Shown: positions 44,428 through 54,151, counted from the first letter of the stretch. The stretch is 60,436 nt of DNA from an uncultured Bacilli bacterium (GCA_910576985.1 CAJTLA010000001.1:1-60436), one strand, 5' to 3'. The notes: generated from the letters alone by a model not told the origin. Program-made: numbers and translations.

Positions 44428-46956
44428 CTATATTTTGTTTTTTATTTTTTTGTCTTTATAAATCATAATTCCTAGTAATAATAATGAAATCACACTTATT
44501 CCTAATCCTACTTTTTTAAGAGGTGCTTCATAGGTAATCTCTATTTTATGGTTTCCTTTTTTGATTGGAAATCCAATGAATGTTTGATTCACTTTTTCAT
44601 AGTTTTGTTTTTTCCCATCTACATAAATTTGGAATGCTTCATCATAGGGAATAGACAAGGTAAAATATCCGTCTTTTTTCACATTTATGGTTCCTTTGAT
44701 TTTGTCTCCTTTTGTTTTTTTTCTGTCTATATGAAATGGGTCTACTGTTTTGTTTTTGATGGTTTCATAATCTAATATATAGTATTGGATATTTTCAATT
44801 TCAAAGGTTCCTTTACTCATGACAATGGATAGATGATCCATACCGCCTTCTTTTCCAAGGGCGTATTCAAAGTTGTTGTTACCATTATGATAAATCCATT
44901 GTTTACATGTTAATTTATTTGACACATTATTGATATTAATTGATAAGTCCCCTACTTTACAGTTTTCTGATTTTTTCAGTTTGAATTTGATGATTAAGAT
45001 TTCTCCATCTTTGATTTTTTGTGGTAAAGGTACTTCAAAGGAAGTGGTTTCTTTTGATACGATTTTATATCCATTTTTTGTTTTATTTACTTTTAATTTG
45101 TTATTTTCTGGGAACTCGTCTATGTTGATTTTTTTTATTTTTGTATTAAACTCAGTTTGTCCTTTTCCATTTACAACTGTTCCATGCATTAATAGTTCTA
45201 TGTTGTAAGGGTAATTTAATTGTTTATAAAATGTTTGGTCATAAATTTGATCGGTTGCATATCCTAATGGGAAAACATCGTCATTTTGGTACACTCCATA
45301 TTGTCCCATTTGTTCTATTAATTGATAGCCAACTGGTTGTTCTCCTTTTTTCGCAATGACATATTTCACATTCATTAGTGTTTGAAAGAAAATGTTGTTT
45401 GAGGAAGAGGTCACTAATCGATTTCGATAAGTATCTGCATTTCCTATTTCGTTATAAAAGAAGTCTTTATATGGTTGATGATATGTAGAGGAATATAGTG
45501 ATGTTGTGTAATAATTATTTTGGTAAATTTTATTGGTTGTTAATAAGGTATCTGTTAAGTCGTTAAAGCGAAAGAATGTGGGATCTTTGGACAATGTGTT
45601 TTTTATGAGGGTTTGTTTGTCGCTATGAAAGGCTTTCTGATATTCGTTTTTTAGTTGATAGTTTTCATTTTTATTGGCAATAAATACGATACATATGGAA
45701 AATATTGTGATGGGTATGATATAAATCCATTTTTTATTCCATTTTTGGTATATTAGTAAAACGATAATACAAATGGCAAAATCTATATAAAATAAGATTT
45801 GTTGATAGCCTCTAAATTTCCAAAAGAAAGCAAGCAAGATCAGTACTAATATTTCTAGTTTTAAATTTATTTTTTTGTTTTCTACATCTTTTATAAAGTT
45901 TGCGATTAAGAAAACAAAAATGGGCAGGAATGGGATCAATACTTTTGATCTTACGTAGAGAAGTCCGTTTAAAATATACATAAATATAGGAATCGATAGG
46001 ATTAGTACTAAAATAATTCCTATAAAAATATTTTCTTTTTTTCTTGTAAAAAAGGTGTGAAAAAGTCCGAAAATTGCTAGTGCTGAAAGTCCAATGGAGT
46101 AAGAACTATATACTAGGGCGTTGATATCAAAGAAAGGTATTAATAGTTTTGATAGTTCTATTGGATGATTCGCACTGTTTCTACCTGTTGCTATGACATA
46201 TGCAGTTGGAAGCAATAATATCGCTGAAAGTCCGATTCCTAGGATTATTGGGTATAGAAATTTGATTCCATCGATCATGAATTTTTTGAATGTGATTTTT
46301 GTTTCTTGTTTTAGGTAAGAGTAAATTCCATATGTTACAAGTACTAGTATTCCACCAATACTGTAGTAATAACTCGTTAAAATCATTCCTAATACTCCAA
46401 GGGTGATGAATGTTCGTTTTTGTTTTTGGAAATAGCGGTCTATTCCAATGAGTCCTAGCATTAAAAATGGCATATAGGTAATAAACATGATGTGTCTATG
46501 ACTATGAAAAATGAGTGGGGCTGCGCAGGTAAAGATCATCGTTGAAATCATAACTGTAGAAGTCGAAAATTGTTTTTTCTTTATCCAATAGTAAAACAAA
46601 TAAATGCTTAAAAGAATAATTATAATATTCATTATTATCATAAAGTCGACCATTTTTATGAATGGAAAGAAATAGGATAATAAGACAATTGGGTTTAATA
46701 ATCCATAATAAGAAATATTATATATATTTTGTCCTGCTCCTAGGTGCATCATAAAGTCTGGAAATAGATCTTTTGTTTGATAAAATAGTGTTCTAAAGTA
46801 TTCTGGAAGCATGGTGTGTTGACTTCCCCAGTCTGTTACTGATCCAAACATTTTATTTGGTATTACACAGAAAAGAACTACAATTAATACAAATATTGTG
46901 ATTATAGTAAGATTGATTATGTCTTTCTTTTTCAATTTAGTCACCTCGTTATTCAT
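44428..46956 (-). CDS. yfhO: YfhO-family polytopic membrane glycosyltransferase-like protein
   Basis: 842 aa. Contains FGSVTDWGSQHTMLPEYFR, more than 10 TM segments, and a large C-terminal extracytoplasmic domain plus a terminal TM segment. The track ATG has no SD. A TTG at 46935 preceded by GAGGTGA is an alternative start. Confidence 0.85.
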   Translation of the reverse strand: MNNEVTKLKKKDIINLTIITIFVLIVVLFCVIPNKMFGSVTDWGSQHTMLPEYFRTLFYQTKDLFPDFMMHLGAGQNIYNISYYGLLNPIVLLSYFFPFIKMVDFMIIMNIIIILLSIYLFYYWIKKKQFSTSTVMISTMIFTCAAPLIFHSHRHIMFITYMPFLMLGLIGIDRYFQKQKRTFITLGVLGMILTSYYYSIGGILVLVTYGIYSYLKQETKITFKKFMIDGIKFLYPIILGIGLSAILLLPTAYVIATGRNSANHPIELSKLLIPFFDINALVYSSYSIGLSALAIFGLFHTFFTRKKENIFIGIILVLILSIPIFMYILNGLLYVRSKVLIPFLPIFVFLIANFIKDVENKKINLKLEILVLILLAFFWKFRGYQQILFYIDFAICIIVLLIYQKWNKKWIYIIPITIFSICIVFIANKNENYQLKNEYQKAFHSDKQTLIKNTLSKDPTFFRFNDLTDTLLTTNKIYQNNYYTTSLYSSTYHQPYKDFFYNEIGNADTYRNRLVTSSSNNIFFQTLMNVKYVIAKKGEQPVGYQLIEQMGQYGVYQNDDVFPLGYATDQIYDQTFYKQLNYPYNIELLMHGTVVNGKGQTEFNTKIKKINIDEFPENNKLKVNKTKNGYKIVSKETTSFEVPLPQKIKDGEILIIKFKLKKSENCKVGDLSININNVSNKLTCKQWIYHNGNNNFEYALGKEGGMDHLSIVMSKGTFEIENIQYYILDYETIKNKTVDPFHIDRKKTKGDKIKGTINVKKDGYFTLSIPYDEAFQIYVDGKKQNYEKVNQTFIGFPIKKGNHKIEITYEAPLKKVGLGISVISLLLLGIMIYKDKKIKNKI

Positions 46957-46983
46957 TATAACAAGTTCTTTTTAGAATTGCAA
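46955..46983 (-). promoter_or_regulatory. Candidate yfhO promoter overlapping the annotated ATG
   Basis: The minus strand reads TTGCAA (46978-46983), a 17-nt spacer, then TGtTATAAT (46955-46963). Confidence 0.4.
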
Positions 46984-47062
46984 TTTCAAGAAAAAAACTG
47001 ATTGTATATTTCCGTTTCTTCTGTAAAGTTTTGTTTTTTTATATGCTTTTTTAAAAGGTTTA

Positions 47063-47088
47063 AAAAACAATCTCTATTGAAATTGTCT
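47063..47088. repeat. 26-nt exact repeat, copy 1 (upstream of yfhO)
   Basis: aaaaacaatctctattgaaattgtct is identical to 60308-60333. It contains the ACAAT-N10-ATTGT and CAAT-N4-ATTG dyads. Confidence 0.9.
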
Positions 47089-47456
47089 AATTTGTTTTTC
47101 TGTTAATGATTTTTTGATATTCCATATTTTTGTGGAAAACAAATCTCCAAATTTTTCTTTCATGTTTTCTTCTAACATTTGATATCGTTTTAGTATTTTG
47201 GACATTCCATATAGATAATTAAATACCAATAATGGTTTTACGTTTTCATAGTTTTTAACGTATTTTGATCTGGGTCATCCACTACTCCTTGCTAGAGAAT
47301 GATTATATCTACATTATATAAGGGTGCTAGATTTTTGTCAATGAGATATTGTTTCCTCATGAACAATATACCTTGTAAGCATCCCTAATTCCTTTAAAAT
47401 ACAGAAAAAAAAGAAATTTTTTTCAATTCCTTATTGCTGAGTAGTAACTTCAAAAA

Positions 47457-47474
47457 AAAAGACTTTCGTCTTTT
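47457..47474. terminator. Short bidirectional terminator-like hairpin in the gene-free gap
   Basis: aaaagac-tttc-gtctttt, preceded by A9. Confidence 0.35.
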
Positions 47475-47568
47475 CATACATAGTATTGTCGATCAAGATA
47501 AGCATTACCAAAAATTAATACTTACTAGTTCTCTGTTAAACTAAATTCGGTACTATGTAGTCTGCAAT

Positions 47569-47602
47569 GGTACATATTGGTAATCAAATATGTGCCTTTT
47601 TT
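47569..47602 (+). terminator. Canonical plus-strand rho-independent terminator with no annotated plus-strand gene upstream
   Basis: ggtacatatt-(8-nt loop)-aatatgtgcc forms a 10-bp stem (one G-U pair), followed by T6. On the minus strand the hairpin is not followed by a U-tract. Confidence 0.5.
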
Positions 47603-47614
47603 ATCATCTCCATT

Positions 47615-48436
47615 TTATGATGTTTTATTCTCATTTTTATAAACTTCTGTATTGATTGCAATGCCTACTACTAAGATATACGATAGTATATAAATCCACA
47701 TCATTAAGATAATTATTCCTGATAAACTTCCATAGAAAATATCATAATTCGTGAAATGTGCAACATAATAGGAATAACAAGCTGTAACCAATGACCAAGC
47801 AAGAGTTGTAAATAGTGCACCTTTATTCACATAACGACTTGGAACTCTTTCATCTGGTGCCATTGTATAAATCATTTTGATTAAAAAGAAAATACAGAAA
47901 AATGCAATTGGCCATTTTAAGAAAACAAAGAAGTAATAAAATGATTCACTAATGGAGCTGAATGCTTCTAAACTCATAATAAATTTTAAAATCACGTTTC
48001 CAAATGCTAGAAAAACAACTACAAAAAAGAATAAGCTTACTAATAAAATCGTTAAAAATAAGGCTTTGATTCGTCTTTTTAAAAATTCAGAATGTGGAAT
48101 ATCATATAAAATATTGGAGGTTAAAATAATAGAATGAGCTCCATTGGAGGCAACCACAAATCCTGTGATCATATAAAAGACGATATTCCCATCAATTCCT
48201 TTTCCTTTGATAAAAGGAAGTAATACACTGCTAATTTCTTTTGGTAAAGTTGTAGATAAAAAAGTTACTAATGAATCAATTGAAATAGAAAAATAGGAGG
48301 CAATGAATCCAATTAAAGTAATAATTGGAATGATAGATAAGACTAAAAAGAAAGCCAGATTTCCAGGTAAAATTCTTAGTTCTGGCTTTATAATTACTTG
48401 GTACAAACTTTTTAAGAATGCTCTTATCTGTTTCAT
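47615..48436 (-). CDS. YihY/BrkB-family membrane protein
   Basis: 273 aa with 6 TM segments. The N-terminus LPGNLAFFLVLSIIPIITL is typical of the YihY family. Confidence 0.75.
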   Translation of the reverse strand: MKQIRAFLKSLYQVIIKPELRILPGNLAFFLVLSIIPIITLIGFIASYFSISIDSLVTFLSTTLPKEISSVLLPFIKGKGIDGNIVFYMITGFVVASNGAHSIILTSNILYDIPHSEFLKRRIKALFLTILLVSLFFFVVVFLAFGNVILKFIMSLEAFSSISESFYYFFVFLKWPIAFFCIFFLIKMIYTMAPDERVPSRYVNKGALFTTLAWSLVTACYSYYVAHFTNYDIFYGSLSGIIILMMWIYILSYILVVGIAINTEVYKNENKTS

Positions 48437-48445
48437 TGCAACCTC

Positions 48446-50491
48446 CTAATTATTGAGTTCTTCTTTATTGTTTCTCATATCTAATGTAGCTTCATTTACA
48501 GCATCATCAATTGTTTTAATTGCATCATTGATCATACTATATCCACTTGCTGCTCCAAAACCATGTGATAATTCTCTTAATTCCTTGTTCAATTTACGAT
48601 TATAAGCTACTACTTGTTTTTCATCATATCCAACTAAATAGATTAAAAACTCATTTCCATTGGTTCTAATAATATCGCTGTTTTGAATTTGACCACGAAT
48701 TAAAATATTTGCAGCTTCTTTTATTACGTTATCCCCTTCTTGATGTCCATAATTATCATTAATATAAGCAACATTGTTTAAATCTATGATAATAATTGCT
48801 TGTGGATATATTTCAGAACTATCCCATTTTTCAATATTATCATTCAAATAAGCTCTATTTTTAAGTGAGGTCAAAGAATCAATATATCGTAGTTTGTCTT
48901 CTTTTGTAATTGTTTTACTTTTACTCTTATTTTTCGCTACTTTTATGTATCCGACTAATGCGACAATGACAAGTAATATACTTCCTACTAAAAGTATCCA
49001 TTGCATTTTTAGTGGTTCTGTTTTTGTCATTTTAGATAGTTCATATAAGCTGTTATTTAATACAGATTTTTCATTTTCAAATGACAAATAGAAACTAAAT
49101 AAGTCAATAAATAATTTGTTGTCTTTTATGTCTCTAATCATAAAGGAATAGTCTTCTACTAAATTTTCATTATAATCTATTTTATAATTTTTCAATTCTG
49201 AACGATTATAATATTTATAGTTCTCATAATCAAGTGCGATTATACTATTTTTATTGATTTTTTTTAATAATTTTTCCATGTTGTCATATTCTTGTACTTT
49301 GACATTGTTTGCTTTTAAATAAAAGCCAATCATACTATTTTTTATGACTGATACATTTTTCCCTTCTAATGAAGCTATAGAGTTCACGATGTTTTTTTCA
49401 GTATTATAAGATAAAATTACCAATTGTTCATTATATGGTGATGTTGTGTTTTTGACATCAAGGTTATATTTTGTTTTTTCATAGTTTTCCAACATAATAT
49501 CTATTTTGTTTTCATTAAATGCTTTTACCATTTCTGATATATTACGATATTCTTGAAATGAAATTTCTACATCAGATAAATCTGAAAAATTCTTAAGGAA
49601 CAAACTGTTATATCCTTTTAATCTTGATCCAATCATAATGTCGTATGGTGCATTTTCAACAAATCCATATACATATCGTTTACTTTTGAATTTTGTTTTT
49701 TCTTTATCTCCAATATTTTTGAAATCAAAGTATGAACTTGCTAGAAAGTGTTGATATGTTTTTTGATAATCATTTGAATACCATTTTTGATAATATTTTT
49801 TTAAGATTGTATTTAATCGTTCCGTTTTTCCTAATCTTAATACATAGTTCATTTGTAATTCTGAAATATTGTAAGCAATGTTGAAATCATTTTCAATAAT
49901 CTCTTTTAAATACATTGTTTTTGGAATGGCAATTGCATTGATACCATCTGTATTTTGGTTTGTTAAGGCTGTGAGTAAATCACTTTCTTTTTCATAAGCT
50001 TTTAATGTAATGGTGCTTCCTCTTAAATAGGTGTTGATAGTTTCTAAATCATTTTTTAAAACACCAAGTGTTAGATCTTTGATATCTTCTAAGCGATTGT
50101 ATTTTATGCTTTCTTTTGTAATAATGGCATAGTTATCTTGATATAATAATAATTCATTTTTTCCGATGTGTTTTGTAGATGTAATAGAATATTCTGTCTT
50201 TGGTTTTTCGTCTTTAGAAATGGAAGTTTTTATAAACTCTAATCCTGTATCTTTTTCTAAGGCGTTTAAGAATTCAAAGGCAATTCCTTTTCCATTATAA
50301 TTTACAATTGGGATTTCATTAATAATAGATAAGTCAATTCTTTTGTTTTTGTTATTTTCAATCCATTTATTTTCTACAATTGTAAGTGTTGTTTCTTTAT
50401 CTGGTTTATTTAAAACATAGTATCCAATTCCTACACCAATTGAGCATAATAATATTAAGATACTAATAATCATTATTTTTTTCTTTTTCAT
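48446..50491 (-). CDS. Membrane sensor protein with a large extracytoplasmic solute-binding-like region and a degenerate GGDEF domain
   Basis: Layout: TM segment, about 480 aa outside, TM segment, then a GGDEF fold (DSLTSLKNRAYL, IDLNNVAYINDNYGHQEGDNVI). The signature reads RTNGNEF instead of GG(D/E)EF. The start was set at 50491, after GGAGGTGA. Confidence 0.8.
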   Translation of the reverse strand: MKKKKIMIISILILLCSIGVGIGYYVLNKPDKETTLTIVENKWIENNKNKRIDLSIINEIPIVNYNGKGIAFEFLNALEKDTGLEFIKTSISKDEKPKTEYSITSTKHIGKNELLLYQDNYAIITKESIKYNRLEDIKDLTLGVLKNDLETINTYLRGSTITLKAYEKESDLLTALTNQNTDGINAIAIPKTMYLKEIIENDFNIAYNISELQMNYVLRLGKTERLNTILKKYYQKWYSNDYQKTYQHFLASSYFDFKNIGDKEKTKFKSKRYVYGFVENAPYDIMIGSRLKGYNSLFLKNFSDLSDVEISFQEYRNISEMVKAFNENKIDIMLENYEKTKYNLDVKNTTSPYNEQLVILSYNTEKNIVNSIASLEGKNVSVIKNSMIGFYLKANNVKVQEYDNMEKLLKKINKNSIIALDYENYKYYNRSELKNYKIDYNENLVEDYSFMIRDIKDNKLFIDLFSFYLSFENEKSVLNNSLYELSKMTKTEPLKMQWILLVGSILLVIVALVGYIKVAKNKSKSKTITKEDKLRYIDSLTSLKNRAYLNDNIEKWDSSEIYPQAIIIIDLNNVAYINDNYGHQEGDNVIKEAANILIRGQIQNSDIIRTNGNEFLIYLVGYDEKQVVAYNRKLNKELRELSHGFGAASGYSMINDAIKTIDDAVNEATLDMRNNKEELNN

Positions 50492-50506
50492 GGCTTTCAC
50501 CTCCAT

Positions 50507-50959
50507 TTACCATACAAATTCAGAACTTGTTTTATGTTTATAACTTATAATAGGATATATTTCGCTTTTTTCATTTTCATTACAGGTAATCATTACTTGT
50601 ATGTCATAGAAGGATTGTTCTTTTTCTGTGAGCGAATTTATGATTGGTTCTACTAATTTTTTGGCATTTTCCAAAGTTGTTTCATTGGATACGTCAATCA
50701 TAAAGTTGAGTAGTTTTCCTTCTAATCGTTTACTTACTTTTTTTACTTGTTCGTTTTTTTTAATTTCATCTGCAATGTTTGTTAATGTATCTTCATTAAT
50801 TCTTACTTTATCAATTCCTTCTAATCGATTTCCATAAATAATTCCTTCGTGTCCTGAAACAAAAATGGAACGTACAAATACAAACATGGCAATGATAATA
50901 ATTACGAATATGCTGACAATAATTACTCCGATTTTATGTTTTTTTAAAAACAATATCAT
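50507..50959 (-). CDS. Hypothetical membrane-anchored protein, upstream of and abutting the GGDEF gene
   Basis: One N-terminal TM segment. No family was recognised. Confidence 0.5.
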   Translation of the reverse strand: MILFLKKHKIGVIIVSIFVIIIIAMFVFVRSIFVSGHEGIIYGNRLEGIDKVRINEDTLTNIADEIKKNEQVKKVSKRLEGKLLNFMIDVSNETTLENAKKLVEPIINSLTEKEQSFYDIQVMITCNENEKSEIYPIISYKHKTSSEFVW

Positions 50960-50986
50960 CTTATCACCTCAACTTTTTACATTATA

Positions 50987-52429
50987 CTATATTTCATCTT
51001 TTTGGGCAAATTCATGTTTTTTTAGTTCTTCTGTCAATAATTTGTTTACTAATGATGGATTCGCTTGACCTTTTGATTCTTTCATAATTTGTCCCATTAG
51101 AAATTTAATGGCTCTATCTTTTCCAGCTTTAAAGTCTTCTACAGAGGCTGGATTTTCATCAATTACTTTATGGATCATTGTTAAAAGAGAATCTGTATCA
51201 CTAATCTGTTTGAATCCTAGTTTTTGAATTAACTCTTCATAGTTTCCACCTTCTAATATTAAAATTGGCAATATTTCTTTTGATTGTTTGGATGAAATTT
51301 CATTGCTTTCTAATGCTTTTATTAATTTTGAAAGATTTTCTTTTGTTAAATGGATGTCAGAAAAGTGTAAATCATTTTTATTCATAATACTTATGATATC
51401 TCCTGTTAATAAGTTAGATAAAATAACTGGATTTATATTTTCTAACATAGATTCAAAGAAATCACACATTGGTTTATTTGATACAATGGTTTTTACGTTT
51501 TTTTCATTGATTCCTAATGATTGATATTTTGCTCTTAGCACTTCTGGCATAATTGGCATATCTGCTTCTACATTTTTAATCCATTCTTCGCTAAGTTCAA
51601 AATAAGGTAAATCTGGTTCTGGAAAATATCTATAATCGTTTCCTGTTTCTTTTGAACGCATTGCGATTGTAGTCATTGTTTTATCATCAAAACGTCGTGT
51701 CTCTTCTGTGATTTTTTTGCCATTTTGAAGTAGTTCCGTTTGTCTTTTGATTTCATAATCAATGGCTACTCCTACATTACTAATGGAACCTATGTTTTTG
51801 ATTTCTACTTTTGTTCCTAATTTTTCTTCTGTTTCTTCATGAAGGGATACATTTACATCGCAACGCATACTGCCTTCTTCTATTTTCACATCACTAATTT
51901 CTAGATATAGTAATATTTCTCTTAATTTTTCTACATATTTCATGGCTTCTATTCCACTTGTCATATCTGGTCTACTCACAATTTCAAGAAGTGGAACTCC
52001 TGCTCTATTAAAGTTTAATAATGTTAAATGTTTTGTATGAATACTTTTACAGGTGTCTTCTTCCATATGCATTCTTTCTAGTCTAATTCTTTTTGTTTGC
52101 CCTTCTAATTCAATTTCAATATACCCATCTGTTCCAATTGGTGTTTGTTGTTGTGTGATTTGGTATCCTTTTGGTAAATCTGGATAAAAATAGTTTTTTC
52201 GGTCAAAATGCATTTTTCTAGTAATATTAGAATGAAATGCTAAGGCGGCTTTGATTGCCATATTAATGACTTCTTTGTTGAGCTGTGGTAATGTTCCTGG
52301 ATATCCCAGGTCCAATATATTGACATTGGTATTTGGGTCAGCATGGAATTCATTTTTTCCTTTTGAGAAAGCTTTGGCTTTGCTTTTTAATTCGACATGT
52401 ACTTCGATTCCAATTGTTGGTACTAACAT
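50987..52429 (-). CDS. gatB: Asp/Glu-tRNA(Asn/Gln) amidotransferase subunit B
   Basis: Sequence TIGIEVHVELKS...NILDLGYPGTLP...DVNVS. The C-terminal tail resembles YqeY-like domains. Confidence 0.95.
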   Translation of the reverse strand: MLVPTIGIEVHVELKSKAKAFSKGKNEFHADPNTNVNILDLGYPGTLPQLNKEVINMAIKAALAFHSNITRKMHFDRKNYFYPDLPKGYQITQQQTPIGTDGYIEIELEGQTKRIRLERMHMEEDTCKSIHTKHLTLLNFNRAGVPLLEIVSRPDMTSGIEAMKYVEKLREILLYLEISDVKIEEGSMRCDVNVSLHEETEEKLGTKVEIKNIGSISNVGVAIDYEIKRQTELLQNGKKITEETRRFDDKTMTTIAMRSKETGNDYRYFPEPDLPYFELSEEWIKNVEADMPIMPEVLRAKYQSLGINEKNVKTIVSNKPMCDFFESMLENINPVILSNLLTGDIISIMNKNDLHFSDIHLTKENLSKLIKALESNEISSKQSKEILPILILEGGNYEELIQKLGFKQISDTDSLLTMIHKVIDENPASVEDFKAGKDRAIKFLMGQIMKESKGQANPSLVNKLLTEELKKHEFAQKDEI

Positions 52430-53862
52430 GTTTTACCACTCTCCAAATTTCTATGTTTTTCGACGTAAGAAGCGAGTTGATAGATCGTTTCTTCTTTAAA
52501 GTAGTTTCCGATAATTTGCATTCCAATTGGCATATGATCATGGTTAAATCCTACTGGAATTGACATTGCTGGCAATCCTGCCATATTGGCTGGTATGGTT
52601 AATAGATCATCATAAAAACTTTTTAAGGCATCATCACCTTTGGTTCCAAGTGGATATGCTACATCGGTGTTGGTTGGTCCAATTAATAGATCATATTGTT
52701 CAAAAGCTTGTTTAAAGCTTTCTATCATTTGTCCTCTTATTTTTAGGGCTTTATTATAATAGATATTGGCATTTTTCCCACTTAATACATATGAACCAAT
52801 CATGAGTCTTCTTTTTACTTCTTTTCCAAATCCTTCACTTCTACTTTTTTTATACAGTTCTTCTAGGTTTTGATAAGTGTCTGTTGCATGTCCAAAACGA
52901 ATTCCATCATATCTTGCTAAATTGCTACTTGCTTCTCCTAAGGCAATAACTTGGTATAAAGGAATGGCATATTCTAAGTAGAATACATCCAAATAATCTA
53001 CTTGACAACCTGCTTGTCTTAGTTGGTCTATAATTTCTTCTATTTTTGTTTTGACTTCTGGGTTGATGGCTTCATTCATATAGTAATTTGGAACTCCAAT
53101 TTTTAGTCCTTTGATATCTTTTTCTAGATATTCTGTATAGTTTGGTACTGGTTTTTCTGATGATGTTAAGTCTTTTTCATCGGTTCCACTAATTGTTTCT
53201 AATAATAATGCATTTTCATAAACGGTTCTAGTCATTGGTCCAATTTGATCTAATGATGATGCAAATGCGATTAGTCCGTATCTTGATACTCTTCCATAGG
53301 TTGGTTTTAGTCCAACAATTCCACAGAAACTAGCAGGTTGTCTGATACTTCCTCCAGTATCTGATCCGAGCGCTAATGGTGTTATATTTGATGCCACTGC
53401 AACTGCACTTCCACTGCTACTTCCTCCTGGTACTTTTGTAATATCCCAAGGATTTAATATTGGTCCAAAATAGCTTGTTTCTCCTGTTGATCCCATGGCA
53501 AACTCATCCATATTGGTTTTTCCAATGATAATCATATGTTTTTGTTTTATTTTTTCGATTACAGTAGCGTCATAGATAGGATCAAAATTCTCTAACATAT
53601 GAGAGGCACAGGTTGTTTTTAGATTTTTGGTTACAATGTTATCTTTTATGGCAATTGGAATCCCAAACAGTGGGTTATCAATTTCCATATTTTCTAGTTG
53701 TTTTGCTTCTTCTATTGCATCTTTATTCAAGGTAATGAATGCATTGAGATTACTTTTTTCTATTTTATCGAATGCTTCTAGTACTAAATCAAGTGGTTTA
53801 ATTTCTTTGTTTTTTATTTTTTTTTGAATTTCTTTTAATGGAAGTTCTAAATAGTTAGTCAT
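52423..53862 (-). CDS. gatA: Glu-tRNA(Gln) amidotransferase subunit A
   Basis: Amidase signature GGSSSGSAVAVA...GSDTGGSIRQPA. Confidence 0.95.
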   Translation of the reverse strand: MTNYLELPLKEIQKKIKNKEIKPLDLVLEAFDKIEKSNLNAFITLNKDAIEEAKQLENMEIDNPLFGIPIAIKDNIVTKNLKTTCASHMLENFDPIYDATVIEKIKQKHMIIIGKTNMDEFAMGSTGETSYFGPILNPWDITKVPGGSSSGSAVAVASNITPLALGSDTGGSIRQPASFCGIVGLKPTYGRVSRYGLIAFASSLDQIGPMTRTVYENALLLETISGTDEKDLTSSEKPVPNYTEYLEKDIKGLKIGVPNYYMNEAINPEVKTKIEEIIDQLRQAGCQVDYLDVFYLEYAIPLYQVIALGEASSNLARYDGIRFGHATDTYQNLEELYKKSRSEGFGKEVKRRLMIGSYVLSGKNANIYYNKALKIRGQMIESFKQAFEQYDLLIGPTNTDVAYPLGTKGDDALKSFYDDLLTIPANMAGLPAMSIPVGFNHDHMPIGMQIIGNYFKEETIYQLASYVEKHRNLESGKTC

Positions 53863-54151
53863 CTAAAGCTCCTGGTACTGTAATATAATCTCCACTTGTT
53901 TTGTTTGCATTCTTTTTTATTTCATCCATAGTTAAACTATTTTCTGTTTCATCTCCATGGTATAAGTCATGGTTTTCTGTTGGTGAAATAGTTGGTGTGC
54001 TGTTTTCTTGTATGTTTACTGAACTAATTTTATCTATATCATCTAAAATATCGTTTAATTGACGTGAAAATTTCTTTTTTTCTTCTTCTGTTAAAACAAG
54101 GTTCGCTAGGTCCGCGACATGTTCTACTTCTTCGATTGTTAATCCGTTCAT
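53855..54151 (-). CDS. gatC: Asp/Glu-tRNA amidotransferase subunit C
   Basis: Sequence TIEEVEHVADLANLVLTEEEKKKFSRQLNDILD. The start was set at 54151, after AAGGAGG. Confidence 0.88.
   Translation of the reverse strand: MNGLTIEEVEHVADLANLVLTEEEKKKFSRQLNDILDDIDKISSVNIQENSTPTISPTENHDLYHGDETENSLTMDEIKKNANKTSGDYITVPGALDD

Noticed and set aside
47085-47280. A minus-strand open frame (...KYVKNYENVKPLLVFNYLYGMSKILKRYQMLEENMKEKFGDLFSTKIWNIKKSLTEKQIRQFQ*) as a real small gene.
   Set aside because: It has no start codon with an RBS for the full frame, and the internal Met would give only 43 aa with no SD. No family was recognised. It is treated as a probable remnant and mentioned only in the sRNA-gap finding.
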